A stretch of 63,680 bases of DNA, the filler included, from Folioceros fuciformis (taxonomy: Eukaryota): the NCBI GenBank assembly GCA_049999805.1. It is 11 parts of 11 records of this genome, joined end to end, with 100 filler letters (N's around TTAATTAATTAA, not from the genome) between each part and the next. Parts side by side here need not be neighbours in the genome. Positions count along the whole stretch, not along the records: positions 44,559 to 54,588 come from JBNGIO010003338.1; positions 54,689 to 57,561 come from JBNGIO010003339.1; positions 57,662 to 59,429 come from JBNGIO010003340.1; 8 more parts are not named here. One strand, 5' to 3'. The notes beneath the pieces are model-generated. The model had not been told where the DNA came from, searched no databases, and saw only the letters and a list, made by a program, of their open reading frames with translations. Both the position numbers and the translations under genes were made by a program. Shown here one piece after another: positions 48,630 to 59,429 of this stretch (position 1 is its first letter; every line of letters begins with the position of its first letter).

Positions 48630-48965
48630 GCTCACTCATCTCTTTCCCTCTTGCCTCTATGTATTCATTATTCTCAACGTGTCAGAGATACTTATTGTCA
48701 AACATCAACCTCAAATATCTAAGAGTGACAAGCTGTGAGACGATATGCCCTACCTCTTTTCCTCTTGCCTCAATCCATTTGCTATTGTTAGCATGTTGTG
48801 GCACTTATCATTGAGCATCAACCCCACATATCTAATAGCAACAAGACGTGAGACAATATCCCTACCTCTTTCTCTCTGACCTCTATTTATTCACAATTGC
48901 TAGCGTACTTAGGCACTTATCATTGAATGCTAATCCTATATATCTTTGAGCAACAAGCTATGAGT
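48630..48965. repeat. Diverged ~112-bp tandem repeat, ~3 copies
   Basis: Recurring CTCTTT.CTCT.GCCTC...ACTTAT..T...CATCAAC...ATATCT....G.RACAAG..GTGAG. Confidence 0.65.
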
Positions 48966-49509
48966 CAATGAACCGGCAAGTAACAATGTGTGGGCATTGT
49001 ATGAGGTTGGTGTTATCCCTACAACCCATAACATGGGTTCTTAACTTCCCACTTTCTAAGACTATTGCGTTAGTGTGATGCTTTAGCACTACTTTGCTTT
49101 TCATAGGTAATGTTTCTTTTAAAAATGATAAAATAATATATTTTTTGTGTCAAATTATAAGTATAGTAAGGGTCATCAAGATCCAGAGTGCAAGGCTATG
49201 TCGTAGTAGTAATTGTAGTAACTATAGTAATTTCCCACTTTCTCTTCTCTCATGGTCTCCGGATCTACTCTCATGATGTAACATGATCTAACCCAGACGG
49301 GCGTATACGACGAAGCCCATTTTGCGCATTTCACATTTGTGGTGATCCGTGCTCCTTATCTACTAATCATCTGATTTCACAAACAATGACGCCACCGACA
49401 TGTATTCGAATATGTTTGTTGTTGCAAAGGTCAATAAAACCAAAATTATTGAAGAAAACAGTTTGAGTCTTCTTTGCGAAACTTGATTTTTCGCATTCCT
49501 AAACATATG

Positions 49510-49985
49510 TTGTGCCGGTCAACCGGCGCACAAATTTTTAAAAGTACTTAAAGTTTACGTTCAAACCAATTTCAAATTAAGTCAAGTTTTAACCCTAAAC
49601 AAAAACAGGGTCATCCTGGTTAGCTTCGGAGTCCACAACCACATCTAAATCATTCAAGCGTCCATGCACGGAGTCCAGTGTGTCGGTAGACCGGCGCACT
49701 GGACTTAGTGCATGCCCAATGCGCTAGTAGACCGGCGCACTCGACTCAGTGCAAGCCCAGTGCGCCGGTAGACCGTCACACTCGACTCAGTGCAAGCCCA
49801 GTGCCTCGGTAGACCGGCGCACTTGAGACCCGAGCCGGCACCAATGCGCCGGTCTACAGGACCACTGGAGATCCCGCGGGCTCGAGTGCACCAGTAGACC
49901 AATCTACCGACGCACTTGGGCCCAATGGCTCGGGCCAAAGTCCGCCGGCAGACCAGCGCACACGAGCCTCACTAGACCGGCGCAC
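49510..49985. repeat. Array of the 22-bp palindrome with a 41-bp-period core
   Basis: Copies at 49510, 49678, 49719, 49760, 49801, 49844, 49885, 49940, 49964. Confidence 0.9.
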
Positions 49986-50037
49986 TCCAGCTTAATGAAC
50001 CGTATGAGTAACAAGAGAAAAGAACGGAAAAACTTAC

Positions 50038-51647
50038 CACTTTGGCGAAGGCAGTCTGGAATTTCAGGAGATTACCGTCTTCTGTGTGCTTCGGGTACAT
50101 CTCTTTGGCCTCCTCAAATGTGTCGCACTTCATTGCCAGTTGGAAGGCATGTTGGATCAGGTGTATCTTCTTCTTCTTCCCCACTTCAGTGTCCATGTCT
50201 CGTAAATGAAGCTTCCCCTGGATGACCTTCTGCATCACCGCTGTGAGCATCTCCTCTCCCTTTACACTTGTTGGGATGCCTTGAAATGCTCTCAATGGCC
50301 TGCCCTGCATAGCTGCAGACCTCCTATTGCTGTCTTCAATCACCTGGGTAACAGAACTTTGCAGGGCAAAATCTCATGTCTTCCTTTTCACCTTTGCCCT
50401 CTTCGTTGTCCCGGCTATTACCATGCTCTTCTACTCTGGAAGCTCACCCTGTTCACACATTCTAAAGATCCATCCACATTGTCCCACAGAACACCTGTGC
50501 ATCTGGTTACCTGATATGGCAAAGTCTGCCTGTCCACCATCTTCTGCACCCAGTCTGTGTCGTGGGGATCTCCACCTTCGTCAGTCATCCCTAGCAACCT
50601 GTACAGGTTGAACTTCCACTTGATTGGTGGCTTCTCTTCTCCTGAATGATGCTTAAAGAAAATGTCAAGCTCGTCATGGATGTATCTAACCTGCTCAATA
50701 AACCCCATCCTTTTCCGCTTGTTTGCATAGACATTGTGGTTGACAGCAAGAACCCTCATCTCTTCCTCTGTCAACCCAATATATACGTGCCGTTCCATCC
50801 ATTCATATTTATCTTCTGCGGGGAACATCTGATGTAGTTTCTGCATGGTTGCAAAACAATGGTTGCCCCCTAACACTCCCATGTGGTACTGTTGCGCCGT
50901 GATCCTGTCCAAGGAAACCTCTTCCTTGCTCGTTGCTTGTTTAGGATCAATCATACACAGGAGGGGCAAGATCCCTTCCTTTACAGAGCCAGCCTGCATC
51001 TACCTCACTAAGCTTTTCATCCAAGCTTCGTCTACCTGCCTTATCTGTGCGTCAGAGGTGATAAAGGAGGCAAGATGCAAAATATCCATAAGTAGATCAA
51101 GCATTGTGGACCTTATCCTCTTGGCATGGGCCTTCTTCCTGATCCCATTCAGGTAGTCCTTATCTTGTGCTAACCTCTCCAACCTCTCTGTGTCTGTTTC
51201 CATTGCTCGGGTTGGCTCTGGTTGCACTACGCCGCCCTTCTGTCTTTTCTGCTTCGCTACCTGCCCTCTTGTTGTAGTGCCTGCAGCTTTTCGCCGTTTC
51301 AGCTGCGGGGATGTGGCTGTGGAGACATACAGGAAGAGTAACATCGGGGTCAACGGTCAGTGTTTCATCAACAGAATCAAGGAAGCCAGCAACAAATCCA
51401 AACCAAAAGGACAAGCTTGCTCACAACAGCCTCACCGGATGTCATCTTCCGCTGTTTTGCAGGAGATGCTAATGCTTTCCTTTTCTGCTGCCCTGGTGCG
51501 CTGGTAGACCAGCGCCCCTGGGTCACGCTCTTCCGCAGTGGAGTGATCTCCACAGGAGACTCCTCTGATGCATCACCCTCGCAGGAATTGCGGGGCGTCT
51601 CTAGAGCTTCATTTAGACTATCTTCCGCTGAGGAGTATTGAGCCATC
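50038..51647 (-). pseudogene. ParB/Sulfiredoxin-like domain protein, disrupted
   Basis: QIRQVDEAWMKSLV..M..GSVKEGILPLLCMI...VLGGNHCFATMQKL...VYIGLTEEEMRVLAVNHN; in-frame TAG at 51000-51002; frameshift near 50420; splice donor near 50037. Confidence 0.65.
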
Positions 51648-52015
51648 TCCCCCACTTCCTCGACCTCCTCCTCTTTGCTGTGTTCTAGAACGTAGGGTTG
51701 CCTCTTCTTCCGAAATCTCTGGTCGCATACGAGGCATCTCCTACTTGTCTTCGACGAATCCCACTCCACGAGTATGAAGGACTTCGAATTCTGCCGCTCC
51801 CCCGCAAGCCGCGCCACAAGAGCCCTATTCTTCAGCACCTCGTCTCCTACACACCGCAATATTGTTTGACAAAACCGTTCTCCACCCTAGTTAGTGAAAA
51901 ACCAACCACAAAAGTTAGGGTTTAGGATAATTCTCGGTAATGACATTTTTAACTTAGGGTTGATAAGACCACTTACATCCTTCAAAAAACGACAATCTCT
52001 TAGCGCGTTTTTCAT

Positions 52016-52351
52016 TCACAGCAGTTCGCATCGGCAAGGTATGGCTTTCGCAACATTCACAACCACTAAACTGTGATTGTCGTAGTCATCCATAATGTGG
52101 CTTGGTGGGTGTTGGGTGAGGATGAAATTCAAGTGAGTTTCGATGTCTTCCCCGTCCACAGACACACAAAGAATCCATCCTGCCCTTCCTGCTTTGTCCT
52201 CCACCAAGCCTTGAAACTCATTCACCCACAGAGCAACAAGAGGAATCCACGACAAGTTCAAGTCAGCAGGCTCATCTTCAGCTATCAAAAACCATTCCTT
52301 GTCAGTGTTGAATCTTTTGGCTAGAGTGTCTTCTAACTTCTTCAATCTCAA
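52016..52351 (-). CDS. Unknown small ORF within the transposon
   Basis: 111-aa open frame, non-ATG start, no recognised motif. Confidence 0.25.
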   Translation of the reverse strand: MRLKKLEDTLAKRFNTDKEWFLIAEDEPADLNLSWIPLVALWVNEFQGLVEDKAGRAGWILCVSVDGEDIETHLNFILTQHPPSHIMDDYDNHSLVVVNVAKAIPCRCELL

Positions 52352-52558
52352 TCACTCTACAAAGTTGTAGGCATTCGGACTGTTGTAATTCTGACTACCT
52401 CCTGTATTGCCTCCGTGATTCATAGTCATCGGAATGTGGTTTAGAGATCCTTCGCTTGCTTTTGAATTGGACGCTCTCTCGCTCCCACCTGAGTTATCCT
52501 TTCTTCCTCCGGCAGTCTGGGCAATGGGAGTAGCCTCTTCGCCAGCGGGTGGTGCAGG

Positions 52559-53962
52559 AAGGCAATGCAGTCACAGATGGATTCGCTCCATAAGAACCAA
52601 ACTTGGGAGTTGGTTCGGTTGCCTAGGGGCAAGAAGGCGTTGCCATGCAAATGGGTGTATAAGATGAAGGACATACCCCATTATGGCAAACCCAAGTACA
52701 AGGTACGATTGGTTGCTAAGGGTTTTAAGCAACAGCAAGGTATTGACTTTGATGAGATTTTCTCACCAGCTGTCAAAACGACCACCTTGCGATGTGTTCT
52801 TGGTCTGGTTACAAGGAACGACATGGAACTTGTCCACATGGATGTGAAGTCGGCATTTCTGCATGGTGATCTCGAGGAAGAGGTATACATGCAGCAACCA
52901 GAGGGTTTCATAGAGAAAGGAATAGAGAATCTGGTGTGCAGGTTAAAGAAAAGCCTTTATGGTTTGAAACAGGCACCTAGGGAGTGGTATTACAAGTTCC
53001 ACTCATTTATGCTTTCTCAAGGCTACAAGCGTAGTGAGGAGGATCATTGTCTCTATATGAAGCAAGGTAAGGATGGAAGCTTGTTCATTCTGGTCCTCTA
53101 CATGGATGATATGCTAATTCCTGGAACTAGCAGTGATGAGATTTCAGCGTTGAAGTCGAAGTTGAATGCTCGATTTGACATGATAGACTTGGGAGAGGCA
53201 AGCCATATTCTTGGCATGCGTATTCGTCGAGATAGACAGAAGCGTTTGCTTTACTTGTCTCAGACAGACTACATTAACAAGGTGCTTCAACGTTTCAATA
53301 TGGAGAAGGGGAAGGTATTGAGTACTCCGTTGCCTCCATATGTGAAACTGTGGAGCAAGGATTGCCCAAGTTCTGCGGAGGACAAAGCTGAAATGGAAAA
53401 GGTTCCATACTCATCAGCTGTAGGGAGTTTGATGTACGCAATGATTGCTACACGTCCTGTCATTGCTTTTGCAGTGGGAGTGGTTAGCAGGTTTATGCCA
53501 AACCCTGGCAGGAAGCATTGGGAGGCAATGAAAGGAGTTATGAGGTACTTGAATGGTACGAAAGCTTTGTGCTTATGTTTTGGTAGTGACGATGCATCTG
53601 TAGTGGGATATACGGATGTTGATTATGCAGGGGATATGGACAAAAGGAGGTCCATATCAGGTTATGTCTTCATGTGCACTGGAGGGGCAATCTCATGGCG
53701 ATCTCGTTTATAATCGTGCATAGTGCTATCTACCACGAAGGCCAAGTATGTTGCAGCTACTGAGGCTTGCAAGGAAGCCATGTGGCTTGCTCGTTTAGTG
53801 GGAGATTTGGGGATCAAGGTTGAGCTGCCAGTGTTGCATTGTGATAGCCAGAGTGCTATCCAACTGGCGAAGAATCCAGTGTTTCATGCGAAGACCAAAC
53901 ATGTGGAAGTAAAGTATCACTTCATTTAAGAGGTGTTGGAAGACAAGAGGGTACAGCTTGTC
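52559..53962 (+). mobile_element. LTR-less RT-RNase H fragment of the Copia element 2 family
   Basis: Colinear and highly similar to 3560-4929; YMDDML, GYTDVDYAGD. Confidence 0.95.
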
Positions 53963-54375
53963 CTCGTACAGCTCCTCCTCGCCTCTTCTCCTCTCCTCCT
54001 TCACCATGTAGTTTTTGTAGCGATCTTACACCCCCTTCCTTATGCAACGTAAAAGGAAGCAACAGCCTCGAATCTCGTCTATTCACTCTGCAGCGCTCCA
54101 CTTACAAATCACTCACTCCCTCTCACACGACTCAGCACTAGGCTCCAAGTAGCCCACCGTCCATTGACGACTCGTAGACCATCTCCTCTAGGTGCTGCTC
54201 TTTATTTAAGATACTTACAAAAGAGTCTGGCGATCTACGCCCCTTTAGCTACTGCTCTAGACTAAATCTAACAAGCTTGCTCTTCAAGCCCTCCATAGCT
54301 ATGTCTCAAGGCTAGACTTCTCATTGCCTGCTTCTCTCTATGTGTGTATCAGTATATGTTCTCAAGACCTTAACA

Positions 54376-54588
54376 CTAGCCTATTTATACTCGACAACTA
54401 AGCCTATTTATACTCGACAACTAAGCCTATTTATACTCGACAACTAAGCCTATTTATACTCCACAGCTAAGCCGCCGCTAAAGCTAGGAATGATACACAC
54501 CACTCATCTTAGAATACTAGTGGTCATTACAACTCCATCCTTGGCCTATTTATACTCCACAACTAAGCCTATTTATACTCCACAGCTA
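54376..54588. repeat. 23-bp tandem repeat CTAAGCCTATTTATACTCGACAA in two blocks
   Basis: ~4 copies at 54376-54472 and ~2 at 54544-54588. Confidence 0.9.
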
Positions 54589-54688
54589 NNNNNNNNNNNN
54601 NNNNNNNNNNNNNNNNNNNNNNNNNNNNNNNNTTAATTAATTAANNNNNNNNNNNNNNNNNNNNNNNNNNNNNNNNNNNNNNNNNNNN

Positions 54689-55165
54689 CTCTGGTCCATC
54701 TATAGATAGTGTCGTAAGTATTCCTCTTGGATTCTTTTTACCCTTTCTGTAGATCCATCTATATCAGGGTGATATGTTGTGCTTAAACATAGTTGCACTC
54801 CTAAGCTCTTCATAAGCTGTTGCCAAAATTTTGCTATGAATCTGGGATCTCTATCACTCACAATTTGCACAGGCAATCCAGGTAACACATAGATATGCTT
54901 CTTAAACAATTGAGAATTTCTAAAGCCTTCACTTGCTTCTTCGTGGGGATAAAGTGTGCTTGCTTGCTGAACCTATCAACAACTGTCATGATAGCTGTGT
55001 ATCCAATATTGGGTGGCAATGGCATAACAAAATCCATTGATATACTCTTTAAAGGCCCACTTGGAATAGGCAGGGGTTGCAACAAACCTTGCGGATTTGT
55101 CTGCTCTACCTTATCCTGCTGACAGTCTACACAGGACTTCACATATTCTACATATACAGGGCAGT
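54689..55165 (-). mobile_element. Ty3/Gypsy integrase fragment
   Basis: YVKSCVDCQ, GLLQPLPIP, ISMDFV, VVDRFSK, IVSDRDPRF, YHP..DGSTERV. Confidence 0.92.
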
Positions 55166-55689
55166 TCATTCTCTCTTGATTCCCTTGGAATCACAAAATG
55201 ACTGGAAAGCCTTTGAAACGTACTCTTGACACCTGGTTCTGTCTTCCCGACACATTCAGGGCTCGACACTTTCCGACTTTCTCGCTCTCGGACTCGGCCA
55301 CCTCGGCCTTCTCTTCTCAACCAGCACTCTCTCCTGCCGTCTTCTGGCTTTCTTTCTCCAACTCACTCACCTCGGCTTTCTCCTCTCTTAGGAACTGAAG
55401 GAACAATAGGGACTCCAGAGGCTAAGGTAAGATTTTTCACTTTCACTCCGATCTGGCGGATTCGGCCTCCTTCGCTCTAATCATTCTTATGCGACGGTCG
55501 CAGGGATAGTTGGGGAGCGTTTCTCCCACTCGGCGAGGTTCCTCCTCCTGATTCGTCCTCAAAACTTCAGTGACGGAGCAGCCACCACCTGCACCCACAC
55601 CCTCAGAACACTACGTGTGCTCGCTTGCCTGGACCTCCCTATCCAGCAACAGCCATCGCTAGGCTTTAGCAAGGGTGGAATGTCGGGCT

Positions 55690-57561
55690 AGTTTTTTGCT
55701 GATTTTGCATGGAATTAAAACACATGCAACCCTAAGAACAAATTCGTACCTTGTTTTTATTTATCTGTTTCAGAGCGAATGTCTCTCTTTATACTATCGT
55801 ATGTATTACACAAGGAAAATCTTTTCGTTTTTTGAATGCGCACTTTCGGGAAGTGCGAGGCCCATAGCTGACAGAAGTAAGAGTACGAAATATTGTCCTG
55901 CTCTGCTCATTCGCCGCTTGTAGTCCATGAAAATTTCCTCCTTTGTGTAAGAGTCGGGCAAATGGTACCGTTCAACATTTGGCATACGCTCTGAAATTAG
56001 GAGAAACAATTGATCCATCCATATGCACGCGGCAGCGGCGTACCTTGGAGCCCGTGGCTCTGAGCGGATAGCTCCGAACCAAACAACAATGTTCCCACAA
56101 GCACATTCTTTCGCTCTCTCATATTTATTTGAACCAATACAGTACACTCTTCTGAAAGCGTCTCGACAACACCTTATTTTCCCCAACCCAAGTAAGAATG
56201 GCTCCGCGATTGGACGTGCGCTATCAGTCTGTTCGACATCAGAATGTTCTTGCAAAAAGGTTGCTTGTTCTGTCATGCTCATCTTCAAAAAACGATATCA
56301 CAACTCTCTGAATCCTGGTTTGCCAAGCAGTCTCAGACATTGTCTTGCACATCATATCTTTCGATAATTAAGGGAAATGCGTAGCTCTGAACACTTAGCC
56401 TTTGGTATTGTTGAAGGTCTCTTCCGCCAACATCGTTGATGATCTAAGGGTGTTTTGATCATTGACTTCGACGCCAACTTCCGATTAAAGGTCGACCGCT
56501 GGCTAGGTGTTTGTCTTGAATCCGAACACTCTTGACTGCAACGCCCTTCTTCATTCGCATTCATGGAATCGTTCGCTTCCTGCATATGTGTTCCAATACC
56601 TAGGCCCCAACCTTCTACGCCAGTCCCTCCCGAGAACTTACAAACATCGGCGTTTCCCCGTAGCGGTGTAGTCTTCATCACTGCGCCCACAAATGAATGT
56701 TGCGCAGATGACAAGCTTGGAGTATTGTGCACTTTGTCTAAAAGACTGAGCCGGATTGGCGACGACCTCAACTCCTGAAACTAATGTATGGAAGGATGAT
56801 CTCCTAGGATTAGAATCATCCATGGATTAGTAAAACAGAAGCAAATCGTAGTCATGTGAATCCACGATTACAAAGCATCGTCCGCTCTTCCAAACCTTCA
56901 TCGCTACTATCTTCACAAAAATTCTCCATACCGTGACACGATGATGAAGATTTGTTTGCCATGGAAGCATGAAAGAACACAGTGTGTGTATACGCTTTGA
57001 CTTGGTTGGCTTTCAAATCTCCTGCGTTGTAACAAGGCCCTACACCAAGTCCCAAAGCGCAGGTGATTAATGCAATGAGAACGTTAGACCAAAAATAGAA
57101 CTAGCTGTTCAGGGAGAATCGACACCGGAACAATCATCATCACGCTAATTCGATTTGAACATTTGAGTCAAAATAGAGCTAACTATTCAGCGATTGGCGG
57201 TCGGTAACAATGGATATTCGGTTTCAGCTGAACAGTTCGTTTTCGAATTCTTTGTTGTACAAATCCGGTGCTTGGGAACTTCTTCCACAACAACTTCCGT
57301 CTCCAGAAAAGACTCCATGATGTGCGACTCTTCCCTTTTTGGGTGCACAGCAATGGCATCCGATCGTCGTAGCAACAAACTTCAGCTTGTGGACAGGGAT
57401 GTTGAGGCGCTTCCAAGAGTTCGAAAGCAAAGGAACGCCGGGAAAGCAACTGCGTGAGCGTTGTCTGGTCACAACCCCAACAGAGATGGATACCAACCTG
57501 CACCACCCGCTGGTGAAGAGGCTACTCCCATTGCCCAGACTGCCGGAGGAAGAAAGGATAA
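55690..57561 (-). mobile_element. DUF7869/Sola-like transposase N-terminal region and upstream sequence
   Basis: CARQCLRLL..RFLKMSMTEQATFL, CRDAFRRVYCIG, WMDQLFLLISERMP..YHLPDSYTKEEIF homologous to 22205-22500; same AAG|GTACG donor (55749). Confidence 0.8.
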
Positions 57562-57805
57562 NNNNNNNNNNNNNNNNNNNNNNNNNNNNNNNNNNNNNNN
57601 NNNNNTTAATTAATTAANNNNNNNNNNNNNNNNNNNNNNNNNNNNNNNNNNNNNNNNNNNNTGCATACCTGCCTTCGACTGAAGTCGATCTCTATGCTAG
57701 CCTACACGGGCACCTTTGCGTCCTGTTTGCGAGAGAGCCAGCACACCTGCAGCCAAGCGCATCCTTAGTACATCAGCATACTGCATATATACTAAAAGTC
57801 CCAAG

Positions 57806-59429
57806 ATGGCTACCAATGCACCTGTACAGCAGACTCTTGCACTAAATATTGCTAAGGAAGATAAGTTCGATGGAACCAACTTCCATGTCTGGAGAGACCG
57901 AGTGGTGGAGATCCTCAAGTCTCGAAGGCTCTGGGGATATGTGGGAGGCCTAGGCACACCTCCTGCAATCATCCCAAAGCCTGTGACACCTGATGAACTT
58001 GCTGTTTGGGAAGAAGCCGATCAAACAGCGAGAACTCTTCTCCAGTTGAGTGTGAAGAGCTCCCATATTGGGGTTTTCCAAGGTGCACAGACCGCCGCAC
58101 AATATTGGCAGCAAGTAAATGAAGTCTATGACTCGAGGGATTTGATGCTGAAGACCTATGTTCTCAAATAGTTTGCAGGACTCAAAATGACGGAGGCGGA
58201 TACAGTGGATAAACATGTCCTTGAATTTCGAAACTGGAGAGCCAAACTCATCTCTTCTGGTTTCGATTTGACTGAAGAACTTGTAGCAGTCATCCTGCTG
58301 ACTACGCTGCCTGACTCCTAGACGGGTGTAGTTCATAGCTTGCAGGAGGTACGGCCCATCACTGTCAATAGGGTGATTGCGGCCATGTTGACCGAAGAAT
58401 CCCGAAAAAGGATTGCAAGCACTAATTTGACTAGTGACAAAGCACTGTACTCTAATGACAAGGCATTGTGGTTAAACAAACCTAGTCGAGGCCGTGGCCG
58501 AGGAGCTCGAGGAGGCTTCGTGAGAGGAGGCCGCGGAGGCAGAGGAGGCCGAGGAGGTTTTAGACCTCAAAATGCAGCTGGTGGCAGACCAAGACCACCA
58601 TGTGGCCACTGTGGTATGACGAATCACTCTTGGGAAACCTGCAGGAAACGACTGGCAGGTGAAAGTGGCCACACAGGCGCCTCTGGACATTTGGCGGTGA
58701 CCATGAATAAATATAGTCGAGCTTTCGTCTCAAGTGTGAAACCTGCAACCACTGGTGTCACCTCCACACAAGGTTACAATGCAAGTTGCAACGTTGTAAC
58801 CTGTTATGCAAGCCAGAAGAAACATACATGGTACATTGATAGCGGGGCTTCACAACATATGACCCCGCATGCTTCCTATTTCACTGAAATGCATAAGAGT
58901 GAACCAGTCAAGTATGTGTGCCTCGGAGACGATACCAAACATAAGATAGAAGGTCAGGGCACCATCAGCCTTGACTTGCGGCCGGCACAACACTTAGCAA
59001 TTCTGGATGTACTTTACGTACCTGGCTTGACTAAAAACTTGGTCTCCGTTTGGAAAATTGACCAGTCTGGATGCTATGTTTGCTTCGGCAGAGGAAAATG
59101 TGTAGTTGAGACAGAGGATGGCAACCTCTTGGCCACTGGACACCTGGAGTCAGATGACCTCTACCATCTGGACCTCCAGTCAGCACAAGCTAATACAGTG
59201 AACTCTTTTGTACGGCCGTCCGAAACCTTCCTGTGGCATCTCCGCCTTGGCCATGTTAATTTCAAGAAGTTAGTTGAAATGCATTAGAAGAAAATGGTAG
59301 AAGGACTTACCTTGGATGAACACAAAGACTTTAGCATGTGTGAAGCGTGCATTCTTGGCAAGCACAAGCGGGCCTCGTTCTCGACTGATCCACCAACACG
59401 AGCTACTGCACCTCTCGGCCTTGTTCACA
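57806..59429 (+). mobile_element. Ty1/Copia element 4: gag-PR-start of INT, with in-frame TAG stops
   Basis: KFDGTNFHVW, CGHCGMTNHSWETC, WYIDSGASQHM, LWHLRLGH, CEACILGK. Confidence 0.93.

Larger units (their letters stand above)
49297..52558 (-). mobile_element. Left part of a DUF7869/Sola-like transposon: putative terminus, palindrome array, ParB-like gene, small ORF
   Basis: Same 22-bp palindrome as 22545-24794; terminal motif matches the reverse complement of 25097-25108; 65-bp overlap with the transposase contig (57497-57561). Confidence 0.7.
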
